From Abditibacteriaceae bacterium (GTDB lineage Bacteria > Armatimonadota > Abditibacteriia > Abditibacteriales > Abditibacteriaceae): a stretch of 64,000 nucleotides of DNA. The notes beneath the pieces are model-generated. The model was not told where the DNA came from, did no database searches, and saw only the letters and a program-made list of their open reading frames with translations. Shown here in pieces: positions 30,304-40,363 of the stretch. A program made the translations under genes and the position numbers. Where the stretch lies: positions 1,856,001 to 1,920,000 of the forward strand of contig OZ255721.1 in the NCBI GenBank assembly GCA_965277285.1, given 5' to 3'. How positions within the stretch are numbered: position 1 is the first letter of the stretch; every line of letters begins with the position of its first letter.

Positions 30304-32481
30304 TTACGCCTTTGTTTTGCTCGTATCGTCCTCTTGCGGCGCTTGGTACGCGGGCAGCAAAATTACGAAATGCGCGCCCGTCGTGTTCGCTCCATGCGTC
30401 ATATTGACGTTGCTCGTACCGCGACCAATTTCACGAATGACGCCGCCGTGCGCTTCGACAATTCCCTTCACAATCGACAAACCCAAACCCATGCCTTTGG
30501 CTTTGCGCGTATAGAACGGCGTAAAAACGCGCTGACGATCATGTTCGGACAAGCCCGGGCCGCTGTCGATAAATTCGATTTGCAGCGTTTCTCCCGATGG
30601 CGTGCGGCGCGTCAATTCATGCACCATGTCGTTGTCGGCCAAAGAAGAACGAATCGTCAGCATTCCGCCATGCGGCTGAAAATCAATCGAGTTTTCGATC
30701 AGTTCGCTGAAGGCGCGCTTGAGCTTGGCTTCATCGGCCATCACCGGCGGCAATTGTGGCGTCAGGTTCAACACCAGGTCAACTTTCGAGTGGCGCGGGA
30801 AACTTTCCGCCGTCACGTTGCGCATAATTTGATTGATGTCCTGCGGCGTGGCGTGCAACTGCGTCGCCAACACAAAGTCGCGGAACTCGCCTAAAATTTC
30901 TTCCAAGCGATAAATACCACGAGTGATGTCTTCCATGAGAAGACTAACATCGCGCGCTGGAATTTCGAGTACTCGATCCGGTTCGTCGCTCTTCAACAAA
31001 TAACCCAGTTCGTTCAAATGGCCTTTCACGCCAAACACCGCGTTGCCGATCATGTGAGCCGAACGTGCGCTCATTTCGCCCCACGCCGCCATGCGCTCGG
31101 CGTTCAACAAGCGCCCCAGAAAACGCGTTCTGTCAATGGCGACCGCCAATTGTCCGGCCAAAGTCAGGAAAATATCTTCGTCGGATTGCGTAAATTCTTG
31201 CGGCAGAAAATACAGCGAGCCTTTGCGATGCCGAATCACGCGCAAAACTCCGGTCAGGCCGCGATGTCCCTGCACCGGAACCGCCATCACCGCGGCGATT
31301 TCTCCCGCGGGCGCTTCCATGAACAAGCCTTTCCAGCGCGGATCGGTGCGCGGATCGCCGACGCGAATCGCTTCGCCATTTTGCGCGACCCAACCTGTCA
31401 AGCCTTCGCCCAGCGCGTAACGCACAGCAGTTTGTCCGGCCTGCTCGCTCAAAGGCCCGTTCGAGGCCGCCAATTGCAGCGTCGCGTGGTCGCCGCCTTC
31501 GTCCTGCATCAAAAACAACGAGCAATCGTCGGCGCGCAAAATCTTGGTCGCCTGCACCACGACATCGTGAATAATTTTGTCCAGATCGGCGGTCGAGTTG
31601 AAGTCTTTGCCAATCGAAATCAAGGCTTCTTCGCGCAGTTGATGCTCAGCCATCGCAATGATGACGGCCGCGCGGCGCGCCAGAACCGACAATTTGTTGG
31701 CGTGTTCTTCACCAAAGGCGTTCGGGCGCGGACTTTCAATATTGATGACGCCAATGGTGCCGCCGCCGCGCGCCGTAATCGGAACCGCGACTTCGCTCAC
31801 CACATCGTTGAAAAAACCGATGTAATAAGGGTCTTTGGAAACGTCGCCCGTCCAATAGCGGCGCCCGTTGACCACGACGTGGCGCGTGATGCCTTGGCGC
31901 GAATTTGAGTACTCGGCGAGCCGTTTTCCCAGCGCGCCTTCAACGGTCGAGCCTTCGACGCTTTCCAGGCCGCTGGCCGCCGCGCCGCCCACCAAAGCGC
32001 GAATGTTGACGCGCAAGCGTTGGATTTCGTCCGTCCAACCTTCGCCGGTCGTGAAACGCAATACCAGTTCGCCAGACGCTGTATCGATCAAAGCCAAAAA
32101 CCCGCGCGTGCCGCCAATCGCAGCCATCGCTTCATCCAATGTCGATTTAAGCAATTCATCAGCTTCAGCCAGCGAAGTTTGCGAAAGCTCGACATCGAAA
32201 TCGCTGGACAAAAAAGCTGCGCCCGGCAACGAACCGCTCACCAAGCCATTGCCGAGCGTGTTACTTAAAGTGCCACTTGGTTTAAGAGATTGCGTGGTAT
32301 CACCATTAAGCGTCGCGTGAAGTGGACTGCGTGGCAAGGTTCCAGCCGTTGTGGGCGCGATGTCGGACGCGCTTTCGTGCGGGGCGCTTTCAACCGCCGC
32401 TCTTTCGACGGACGCTTCAACGGCATCTGTGGCGGCTTGAGTAAGAAAAGGCGATGGCGAAGAATTTTGAGATGTGTTCAT
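30304..32481 (-). CDS. Cytoplasmic double-GAF sensor histidine kinase
   Basis: Two GAF domains, H-box SAHMIGN, and ELIENS / DSGPG / GMGLGL boxes. Confidence 0.92.
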   Translation of the reverse strand: MNTSQNSSPSPFLTQAATDAVEASVERAAVESAPHESASDIAPTTAGTLPRSPLHATLNGDTTQSLKPSGTLSNTLGNGLVSGSLPGAAFLSSDFDVELSQTSLAEADELLKSTLDEAMAAIGGTRGFLALIDTASGELVLRFTTGEGWTDEIQRLRVNIRALVGGAAASGLESVEGSTVEGALGKRLAEYSNSRQGITRHVVVNGRRYWTGDVSKDPYYIGFFNDVVSEVAVPITARGGGTIGVINIESPRPNAFGEEHANKLSVLARRAAVIIAMAEHQLREEALISIGKDFNSTADLDKIIHDVVVQATKILRADDCSLFLMQDEGGDHATLQLAASNGPLSEQAGQTAVRYALGEGLTGWVAQNGEAIRVGDPRTDPRWKGLFMEAPAGEIAAVMAVPVQGHRGLTGVLRVIRHRKGSLYFLPQEFTQSDEDIFLTLAGQLAVAIDRTRFLGRLLNAERMAAWGEMSARSAHMIGNAVFGVKGHLNELGYLLKSDEPDRVLEIPARDVSLLMEDITRGIYRLEEILGEFRDFVLATQLHATPQDINQIMRNVTAESFPRHSKVDLVLNLTPQLPPVMADEAKLKRAFSELIENSIDFQPHGGMLTIRSSLADNDMVHELTRRTPSGETLQIEFIDSGPGLSEHDRQRVFTPFYTRKAKGMGLGLSIVKGIVEAHGGVIREIGRGTSNVNMTHGANTTGAHFVILLPAYQAPQEDDTSKTKA

Positions 32482-32782
32482 GGTCAATTCATGGAACACT
32501 CGCAGTATAGCTTTTTAGCACGCATTTCGCGTCTGGCAAGTTCCGCAGGCCACAACCGTGCGATGTCATGCCCCGCTCCTGTATTGTTCCCATTCTGACA
32601 CCTCGCAAAGCAAAAACGCTGTATGATTAAAACGTTTCGAGACAGGAAATCGAGTACTCGATTCGAGCCACGCTGTTCACCGAGATTAAAACGGCTGTTG
32701 CTTTACCGGTGTATCTTACAAGCGGCGCTTCGACAGCTTAAGATTTTTCAAAACTTTTCGACGACTTTTCAGAGAAATTTGC

Positions 32783-35173
32783 ATGAGCATGGATTTTTTC
32801 GGTTCCCATCCTGATTTGGAAAGCGCCTGGCCGGATTTTTATGCGTTGCTGGATGTGGCGCCCGCTGCAACGGCGGACGAGTTGCGCGTGCGCATCCGCG
32901 GGGCTTATGTCGAAGCGCTGGCCAACATGGATCACCGCCATGTCGAGCGCCGCAGCCAGTACAAGATGATGGCCGAGCGCATTATTCCCCAGGCGCGGCG
33001 CATTTTGCTCGAAGATCAAGCGCGCCACCTTTACGATCAGCAACTCGCCTTACACCGCGCCGACAATCCCTCTGCCCTGCCCTACACGCGTTTCGTGGCG
33101 AAACTGGCGCACCTGGAAGATCAAGAAGATCAAGTTGACGCGCCGCCATCCAGCCCCGGCGACGAGCTGCCTGCGCTGCCTTCTCCGGACGACTTTTCCC
33201 TGCCCATTTCAACACCTTCTCTGCCGCGCACGGTTCCTGTTCCGGCCAGCGAAGTCACCAGCGAAGTCATAAGCGAAGGGAGCAGAAACGTCGCTTCGGG
33301 CACCAACGAGCTGAACATTTTCGATCAGGCGCACGAAGTTTTACGCTCCGAAAAGAAATACGCTGAAATGGCGCCGCTGCCTTCGGTCGCCGAAGATGTA
33401 TCCGATGAAGAAATATCACCAAAGGCGCCACCAGAATTCTCGCGTGGCGAACGTTCACGGCGCGAACGTTCGCCACACACGACGCCAAGCTCTTATGCTT
33501 CCACCGTGCCCGTCGAACGAACAAGCAACGCGGCATCAGGCAATAAGCCAACCAACAACGAAGTTTTGTCGCCAGACGCGCTGTCTTCGCAATCGAGTAC
33601 TCGATTGTCGCCAAAGGCATCGTCAACGCCGCGCACAACCGATTTCGACGACATTCCGATTTTGGCAAGTGTGACATCTGAGGAAGATCAAGAAGAAATT
33701 GAACCAGGAAATCCCAATATTTCCGCGCAAGCTGTGGCGCCGATGAGTGCGCTGGAACGCCAGGCACGCTACGAGTTGGCGGCAGCTCAGGCGCGCGTGC
33801 TGCACATCGATCCCAACCAGAAGCCGCCCGCTCCTGGCAGCGAACCCAATGCTTCCGAAGTCGCGCCGCAGGAAGAGGAAGCGCGTCGAGCGCGCGTGTT
33901 GCGTGTCGAGCGCGGCGCGCGGCCTTTGACAACGGCGCAACTTGAAGCGAGCAGCGGCCAAGATTTGGGAGCGGGCGTGCACGGCATTGTGTCTTCGGGG
34001 CGCGATATGGCGAGCAAGCCGGTCAAGACGCGCGTCAGCGTCGGGCCAGGACGCAATGCGCGACGCGTTCTGCCGCAACCCGCGCTGCTGGCCTTGACCG
34101 CTCTCACTTCCGCCGGATTGATGTTTCTCATTGCGCGCCTGCAATTTTCAACACCTGCCGCCATTCCGCAGAACGTGGCCGCCGCAACAACGCTGCAAAT
34201 TGAGTACTCGAACGACTTGCAGCCGATCATGGAACACGCGCCAGGAGATTTCAGCAAAACCAAAGACGGGCACAGCGTCACTCTCGATTTGCGGTCTTTA
34301 GAATCGCAGGACGCCATGCAAGCAGCGCTGAGTTCAAGCGCTGCGCCGCCCGACGCCTGGATTCCCGCCGAAACGCTGTGGAGCGACCGTTTCAATCGCC
34401 TTGCCTCGCAAAACAAACAGCCGACCATCACAGCGTCGCGTGCGATAGCTCTTTCGCCGCTGGTTCTCATCGCGCGCGACGACCAAGCCAGTACGTTAAA
34501 ACGCTTGTTTCCCAATCACAGAATTGCTTCGTGGGACGCCTTACGCACAGCGATTTCCACCAATGCCGCGCATCATTTCGGCTTGACCGATCCGCATCTT
34601 TCGGGCGCCGGTGCGATGACGCGTTGGTTGATGGCGCGCGAATGGAGCGAAAGTCACAACCTGGTCTGGGACAAAAAAGCCAATGCCAATGCGAACCTGT
34701 GGAAGTGGATGAGCGGTTTTGAAAACAACGTTCCCGATGATGCCGCTTCGACCGATGAAATGGTGCAGGATTTGGTATTGGGCAACTCCGACCGCTTCTG
34801 GTGGGCTATCGCGTATGAAAGCGATGCCATCAAATGGCTGCGCGCCGGCAAGCCGATTCAAATTTTTTACCTGCCGGAAACCGCTTATGCCGAACACCCG
34901 TTTTGCACCTTTGATCGCGCGGGTTCGAGTACTGGAATGCGCGCCGCACGCACCGCTTTTGAAACGTTTCTGCGCAGTCGCGCGACGCAAATCGCGCTGG
35001 CGCAAAATGGCTTTCGCCCGACCGAAATTCGCCTGGCCGATGTTCCCAACAATCCGTTCGCGCGCCGCGACTGGCGAGCGCGCGGCCTGCGCGAAAATGG
35101 TTTCCGCATCGATCAACGTTTGAATACCAACGTTCTCGACGCGCTCGTGCAAGCCTGGAAAGAACGCTATTAA
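32783..35173 (+). CDS. J-domain-like N-terminus, disordered linker, TM helix and solute-binding (SBP_bac_11-like) domain
   Basis: DFYALLDVAPAATADELR at the N-terminus; PDAWIP, SPLVL, TDPHLSGAG and YES in the C-terminal domain. Confidence 0.7.
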   Translation: MSMDFFGSHPDLESAWPDFYALLDVAPAATADELRVRIRGAYVEALANMDHRHVERRSQYKMMAERIIPQARRILLEDQARHLYDQQLALHRADNPSALPYTRFVAKLAHLEDQEDQVDAPPSSPGDELPALPSPDDFSLPISTPSLPRTVPVPASEVTSEVISEGSRNVASGTNELNIFDQAHEVLRSEKKYAEMAPLPSVAEDVSDEEISPKAPPEFSRGERSRRERSPHTTPSSYASTVPVERTSNAASGNKPTNNEVLSPDALSSQSSTRLSPKASSTPRTTDFDDIPILASVTSEEDQEEIEPGNPNISAQAVAPMSALERQARYELAAAQARVLHIDPNQKPPAPGSEPNASEVAPQEEEARRARVLRVERGARPLTTAQLEASSGQDLGAGVHGIVSSGRDMASKPVKTRVSVGPGRNARRVLPQPALLALTALTSAGLMFLIARLQFSTPAAIPQNVAAATTLQIEYSNDLQPIMEHAPGDFSKTKDGHSVTLDLRSLESQDAMQAALSSSAAPPDAWIPAETLWSDRFNRLASQNKQPTITASRAIALSPLVLIARDDQASTLKRLFPNHRIASWDALRTAISTNAAHHFGLTDPHLSGAGAMTRWLMAREWSESHNLVWDKKANANANLWKWMSGFENNVPDDAASTDEMVQDLVLGNSDRFWWAIAYESDAIKWLRAGKPIQIFYLPETAYAEHPFCTFDRAGSSTGMRAARTAFETFLRSRATQIALAQNGFRPTEIRLADVPNNPFARRDWRARGLRENGFRIDQRLNTNVLDALVQAWKERY

Positions 35174-35193
35174 ACGTTGAATTCAAATTATCA

Positions 35194-35799
35194 ATGCCTT
35201 CCGATGTCAGTACATCAACTACTCAAACACGGTTTGTTGGAGCTAAATTGGCAGAAAAAGCAAAAATGCTGGCGGGCGAGCTTTACCTCGCGGCAGACGC
35301 AGAACTGGTGGCTGAACGCTTGAGATCGCGGCGTCTGGCGCGATTGTATAACGCCACGATTGAAACCGAAGACGCGCAACGCCGCGAAATCTTGGGCCAA
35401 TGGCTGGGTGCAATCGGCGGCAGCATCGCCATTGAACCGCCATTTCAATGCGATTACGGCTCGAACATTTTCGTCGGCCACAATTTCTACGCGAACTTTG
35501 GCTGCATTTTGCTCGATTGCGCGCCCATCGAAATCGGCGACAACGTTTTGCTCGCGCCCAATGTGCAGCTTTATACGGCGCACCACCCGACCGATCCGCA
35601 AATTCGTCTGACCGGCAAAGAGTTGGCGTCACCAATTACGATTGGCCACAACGTTTGGCTGGGCGGCGGCGTCATCGTGTGTCCCAATGTCCGCATCGGC
35701 GATAACACGACAATCGGCGCCGGCAGCGTCGTCACAAAAGACATTCCCGACAATGTCATCGCGGTTGGCAATCCGTGCCGCGTCATTCGCCATTTGTGA
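35194..35799 (+). CDS. maa: Maltose/sugar O-acetyltransferase
   Basis: EKAKMLAGELY, PPFQCDYG, hexapeptide repeats and GNPCRVIR. Confidence 0.9.
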   Translation: MPSDVSTSTTQTRFVGAKLAEKAKMLAGELYLAADAELVAERLRSRRLARLYNATIETEDAQRREILGQWLGAIGGSIAIEPPFQCDYGSNIFVGHNFYANFGCILLDCAPIEIGDNVLLAPNVQLYTAHHPTDPQIRLTGKELASPITIGHNVWLGGGVIVCPNVRIGDNTTIGAGSVVTKDIPDNVIAVGNPCRVIRHL

Positions 35800-35836
35800 T
35801 GACAGCGTTCAGGCTCATCCGTTTGATAAAACCTTT

Positions 35837-36376
35837 TCAGTCTCGTGAAAATATGTAGAGCGTGTGGTTCAGAGCCACTACGAAGCTGCGACCGGTTTCC
35901 GAAAATCCGTAAGCTCGGATTTCATAATCGTTTTGTATCTGAACACAGGCATCGAGATCGTCGTAAATGTCTTTCCAAGGCGGCGTCAGAACCACGCGAT
36001 AATCGGGCCAGGTCGGAGTGACGAGCTGCAGGGAATAACCGTCTGAAGTTGATGTAATAAGACCGCCGCCGTACATGCCAGCTAGGCGAATCATCTGGCC
36101 TTCAAGCGGGCCAATGCCCAGTGCCAGTAGATGTAGCGGATCGTACCAAGAATTGCTGTCATCGTAATCGCGTGCCACTCTTTCTCCGGTGACACAATCG
36201 AAAATACCGCGCCCGCTCGACGATACGACAAGCAATAAATCTGAGTTCTCCGCGTAACCAACCGCTTTCAAGCCACCAACTGCGCTGCCGCCAGAAGATT
36301 TCCACGGCGCCATAGGCAGCCGTGTCTCCATTTGACGTATGCGTCGTCGCAGTTCAGCCATGTGGTCGGTGTTCAT
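35837..36376 (-). CDS. Hypothetical protein
   Basis: A 179-aa ORF with AVGGL, GRGIFDC and GFSETG motifs. Family not named. Confidence 0.7.
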   Translation of the reverse strand: MNTDHMAELRRRIRQMETRLPMAPWKSSGGSAVGGLKAVGYAENSDLLLVVSSSGRGIFDCVTGERVARDYDDSNSWYDPLHLLALGIGPLEGQMIRLAGMYGGGLITSTSDGYSLQLVTPTWPDYRVVLTPPWKDIYDDLDACVQIQNDYEIRAYGFSETGRSFVVALNHTLYIFSRD

Positions 36377-36393
36377 AAAGGAGAATTATCGCA

Positions 36394-36430
36394 AAACAGC
36401 CGCGCAACAAACTTCGTTGCGCGGCTGTTT
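36394..36430. terminator. Intrinsic terminator downstream of fba
   Basis: AAACAGCCGCGCAAC / GTTGCGCGGCTGTTT. Confidence 0.75.
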
Positions 36431-36455
36431 CATATCAATTCAATCGAGTACTCGA

Positions 36456-37409
36456 TTACTTGCCCAATTTGCTGCGAACGTCGCTCAAGGTTCCCGCACT
36501 GCCCAACATCTGGTTTTTGTGAGCGATGAACTTGGCGTACTCGGCGATGAAGATTTTGCCGGGTGTGCGCAAGTCGAAATCGGCGGACTTGTCGCGGAAG
36601 AATTCGCGGTGAACGCGCGTCCACACCAGACGACCGTCGGTATCGATGTTGACTTTGGTCACGCCCAGTTTAGCGGCGGGCAAATACTCGTTTTCATCGA
36701 CGCCTTTGGAACCTTCTTTCATCTCGCCGCCCGCTTCGTTGATGCGGCGCACTTCGTCTTGTGGCACGCTCGAACTGCCGTGCATCACAATCGGGAAGCC
36801 AGGCAAAAGTTCGGCGATGCGCTTGATGCGGTCGAAGTGCAAACCTTGTCCGCCGCTGAACTTATAAGCGCCGTGACTGGTGCCAATTGCGGCGGCCAAA
36901 GAATCGCAACCGCTTTGATCGACGAAGTATTTGGCTTCTTCCGGGTCGGTCAGGTTGGCGTTTTTCTCATCCACCGCGATGTCTTCTTCCACGCCGCCCA
37001 GCATTCCCAGTTCGGCTTCGACCGAAATGCCTTTGGGATGCGCGCGCTCGACCACGCGCTTGGTGATGGCAATGTTTTCTTCCAAAGTTTCGTGTGACGC
37101 ATCAATCATCACGCTGGAATAAAAGCCGGAATCGATACAGTCATAGCAAGTCTGCTCGTCGCCGTGATCCAGATGAACCGCGAAGATCGCTTCGGGAAAC
37201 ACTTTCTCGGCGCTGCGAATGATGCCTTCCAACATTTCCTTGTTGGCGTAAGAGCGCGCGCCTTTGGAAAGCTGAATGATGAACGGCGCCTGCGAATCAA
37301 TGCAGCCTTGAAACAAACCCATCGTTTGCTCGAGGTTATTGATGTTGTAGGCACCGACGGCGAAGTTGCCGTAAGCAATTTTGAACAGTTCTTTTGTTGG
37401 GACAATCAT
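36456..37409 (-). CDS. fba: Class II fructose-1,6-bisphosphate aldolase
   Basis: HLDHG, SSVMIDAS, VEAELG, GTSHGAYK, HGSS and KVNIDTD motifs. Confidence 0.96.
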   Translation of the reverse strand: MIVPTKELFKIAYGNFAVGAYNINNLEQTMGLFQGCIDSQAPFIIQLSKGARSYANKEMLEGIIRSAEKVFPEAIFAVHLDHGDEQTCYDCIDSGFYSSVMIDASHETLEENIAITKRVVERAHPKGISVEAELGMLGGVEEDIAVDEKNANLTDPEEAKYFVDQSGCDSLAAAIGTSHGAYKFSGGQGLHFDRIKRIAELLPGFPIVMHGSSSVPQDEVRRINEAGGEMKEGSKGVDENEYLPAAKLGVTKVNIDTDGRLVWTRVHREFFRDKSADFDLRTPGKIFIAEYAKFIAHKNQMLGSAGTLSDVRSKLGK

Positions 37410-37481
37410 GTTTTGAGTACTCCTTAAAGTACGATTTTTCGCGCCGAGTTTAACACAGACGCAAATGTTAGCTTGATCACG

Positions 37482-37973
37482 TCAAGGTTCAAGAAACTTA
37501 GCAGCTATCTCTTCGATTTCCGCACGCGATAATTCAACCCAAGTCCCGGCAGGATTGATAACTATTCCGGCAAAGTCTTCTTCTAACACGAGTTTGATAA
37601 TTTGTGCAGCCGATTGAACATAGCCGCCTGCAGACTTATTTTGCAAATCTGATTTGTTGCGGTTCTGAAGTTCCTTCAAATCAGTAAATACAATGGCTAC
37701 AGGCTCACCATTCGCATTGGTGGAGATGCGAATTTCCATATACGTGTCGTGCTCCAAAATTGTGGGAGCCGTCGACGAATATATGCCTTCAGGCTGTTCT
37801 TTGGTAGCCATCCATAACTGACTTTTCGAGAAAGCTTCATACAACTTTTTACGCGTTGTTAGAGTTTGATTGCTCTTGAAGTTTTGAATGGCTTGCTTCA
37901 GTGCAGGATTTTCAATCCATTCGCTCTTTCCGAAAACTTTGTTGTAAATCATCCGTAGAGTTTTTATAAACAC
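37482..37973 (-). CDS. SseB-family-like protein, low GC (start uncertain)
   Basis: NPALKQA, NGEPVAIVFTD and GIVINPAG resemble the SseB N-terminal domain. Confidence 0.6.
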   Translation of the reverse strand: MFIKTLRMIYNKVFGKSEWIENPALKQAIQNFKSNQTLTTRKKLYEAFSKSQLWMATKEQPEGIYSSTAPTILEHDTYMEIRISTNANGEPVAIVFTDLKELQNRNKSDLQNKSAGGYVQSAAQIIKLVLEEDFAGIVINPAGTWVELSRAEIEEIAAKFLEP

Positions 37974-37992
37974 CACCTTAAATTCACAATCA

Positions 37993-38754
37993 TTAACGCG
38001 TGCTGATGCCGCCATCGACGTAAATCGTTTGGCCGGTAATGTAGTTTCCGGCTTCGCTGCACAACAATAAGGCAATCCCAGCGCAGTCTTCAGGGTCGCC
38101 AACACGCTTCATGGGCACCCATTGGCCACGTTTCTTTTTTTCTTCTTCGTTGGGAAACTCGTCGCGGTTGCGCCACGTATCGAAATAGCCCGGACACAGA
38201 ATATTGACCGTCGTATTGTGCTCTGCCAGATCACGAGACAACGCGCGCGTCATGTTTTCCAGAGCGCCTTTGCTCATCGAATAGGCCAGCATTCCCGAAT
38301 TACCTTTCAAACCTTGAACCGAACCCATATTGAGAATGCGGCCCCAGCCTTGTTCCTGAAAAATCGGCGCCGCCAGTTGACACAACAAAATCGGCGCGAT
38401 TTGATCGGCGTGCAATTGCCGTTCGATTTCTTCGCGCGACAATTCGAGCCACGATTTTGCGACTTGAATCGCCGCGTTATTGATCAAAATGTGCAAACCG
38501 CCCAACTGCTCGCACGTTTGCGCCACCAATTGCTGCGGCAAATCCAAATCGGTGATGTCGCCGCCAAGCGCCACGCCGCGTCCACCATTTTTCACGATCT
38601 CATCAATCGCACTTTGCGCCACATCTTTTTCGATGTCCTGAATTGCCACCGCGCAACCCGCGCTCGCCAAAGCCTGCGCGATGCCGCGCCCGATGCCACG
38701 ACCAGCACCCGTAATCAGCGCGACTTTTCCGTCCAAATTGAAGTTGGGAATCAT
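37993..38754 (-). CDS. SDR family oxidoreductase
   Basis: TGAGRGIG, NNAA, YSMSK and YITGQTIYVDGG motifs. Confidence 0.95.
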   Translation of the reverse strand: MIPNFNLDGKVALITGAGRGIGRGIAQALASAGCAVAIQDIEKDVAQSAIDEIVKNGGRGVALGGDITDLDLPQQLVAQTCEQLGGLHILINNAAIQVAKSWLELSREEIERQLHADQIAPILLCQLAAPIFQEQGWGRILNMGSVQGLKGNSGMLAYSMSKGALENMTRALSRDLAEHNTTVNILCPGYFDTWRNRDEFPNEEEKKKRGQWVPMKRVGDPEDCAGIALLLCSEAGNYITGQTIYVDGGISTR

Positions 38755-38780
38755 AAATCTCTTTTCGAGTACTCGAAACA

Positions 38781-38850
38781 CAGCGAACCCGAAGCGTCAG
38801 CGAGGGAGATCGTATGAAGTATCTCCCTCACTGACGCTTCGGGTTCGCTG
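38781..38850. repeat. REP-like hairpin, family A variant
   Basis: CAGCGAACCCGAAGCGTCAGCGAGGGAGAT / ATCTCCCTCACTGACGCTTCGGGTTCGCTG. Confidence 0.85.
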
Positions 38851-38868
38851 ATTTCTGCGGTATCGTTT

Positions 38869-40182
38869 TTAATCGTCGCCGCGCAAGCGGTTGTTTTTCA
38901 TGCGGCGGCGCGCGACTTTGTTTTGCTCAATAGCGGCGCGTTCTTCGCGCATTTCTTCGGCGTTGTTACTGATCTCGTCGCCAATCACCATCAAACGCTG
39001 ATCCAGGTCGTCGTATTTGTCCATGCCACGACTGCCAGGAAGTTCATCCAGCGCTTCTGTCCCCAAGATAATCGAACGGCTGGGCGCGCGTTTTTTCGCC
39101 TCGATGCCAATCGCTTCGAGCAACGCCGATTTGCCGGAACTGGTGTATTCGTAGCGACCGTTCGGGTTGTGCGTGCCATTGGTCAAACGCTCGTTCAACA
39201 CTTTCGAGTTCAAACGTCCGCCGCTCGTGCCATTTGTCGCGCCATTGCTGCCGTTCGTCACAATGACATTTCCAGTACTCGAATGGCCGTTTTTCGGCAC
39301 CGCGTTGCCGTTACCAACGATAATTTGCTCGCGTTGCAACAAGGCTTCGCGCGCCGCTTTTTCGGCCTGATCCTGCGCTTCGCGGATTTCCATTTTCTTG
39401 AAGTCTTTGTCCAATTTCAAGTCTTCCAAAATCGGATTCTTGACCAGTTTGATGTATTCGCGCGGGCCGTAAATGCCGGTTTTGGCGAGTATTTTTGCGC
39501 TTTCGTCATAGCGTGGAATCTGGCTTTTGCCGGGCATCGTGAAATGCTCGAAGACGTATTTCAAATCGTCTACCGTGCCGGCTTCGTCGTGGCGCATCCA
39601 TTCTTTGACGCTGTTGCGATAAAAGTTGTAATGCACGCGTTCATCAACGCTGATAAGGCGCAGGGCGGCGACGAGCGCCCAATCTTTCTGCTGCGTCGCC
39701 ATTTTTTCCAGGTTGCGATAATTCCAAAAGGTCGCCAGTTCCTGGATCATCGTGTAGCAAACCATTTGGCGCGGATGGTCAAAGGGCAATTCCCATTCGG
39801 CTTCCAAAAGTTCCTGCTCAAATTGCTGGCGTTGTTCTTCGGTGCGATGTCCCGACGCGAGCAACCACGATTCCAAGGCCATCGAATGCTTGGATTCTTC
39901 GTAACCCCAGTTGACGTGAAACCAGGCGCGACCTCGGCTGCGACGGATCATGTGCAGCATCTTCGAGGTGAAGTCGGGCAAATACATTTCGACGGCGCAA
40001 AATGTTTCGACGCAATGCGCCAAAGTTTCATCGGTTTCGGGATTCGCTTCGTGCCACGCGATGTCCGTAAAAACGTTCCAGCGCCGCTTTTCTTCGGCCA
40101 ACTTCAGATATTTAACCAACTCGCGATAGAAAAACTCATCCATCTGCGCTTGAATGCTGCGTTTATTTGACAAACCTTCCAC
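38869..40182 (-). CDS. Acyl-ACP desaturase (ferritin-like diiron) with C-terminal extension (start uncertain)
   Basis: AVEMYLP, WGYEESKH, QELAT, DERVH and FTMPG motifs. Confidence 0.85.
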   Translation of the reverse strand: MEGLSNKRSIQAQMDEFFYRELVKYLKLAEEKRRWNVFTDIAWHEANPETDETLAHCVETFCAVEMYLPDFTSKMLHMIRRSRGRAWFHVNWGYEESKHSMALESWLLASGHRTEEQRQQFEQELLEAEWELPFDHPRQMVCYTMIQELATFWNYRNLEKMATQQKDWALVAALRLISVDERVHYNFYRNSVKEWMRHDEAGTVDDLKYVFEHFTMPGKSQIPRYDESAKILAKTGIYGPREYIKLVKNPILEDLKLDKDFKKMEIREAQDQAEKAAREALLQREQIIVGNGNAVPKNGHSSTGNVIVTNGSNGATNGTSGGRLNSKVLNERLTNGTHNPNGRYEYTSSGKSALLEAIGIEAKKRAPSRSIILGTEALDELPGSRGMDKYDDLDQRLMVIGDEISNNAEEMREERAAIEQNKVARRRMKNNRLRGDD

Positions 40183-40363
40183 CTCGATAACGAGTACTCG
40201 ATGCTCGTTCCTTTCATTTGTTCGCTCTTGAAATTGTAGCAAAATCAGCGATTTTCTGTATCCCCGAAATGGTGGGTCAAGCGCGTTTATGAATTCGACA
40301 CGTCCTTATGTTATTATGACTTGCGAAGAATCGCGCTTTGCCAAGCGTTAAAAGGAAACATTT

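Noticed and set aside
37445..37480. Possible attC after the SseB-like gene (AGCTAAC...GTTAAAC)
   Set aside because: Only about 12 nt separate the boxes, there are no L boxes, and the 5' end is not complementary.
38923..40170. 415-aa plus-strand ORF
   Set aside because: Antisense shadow of the desaturase.
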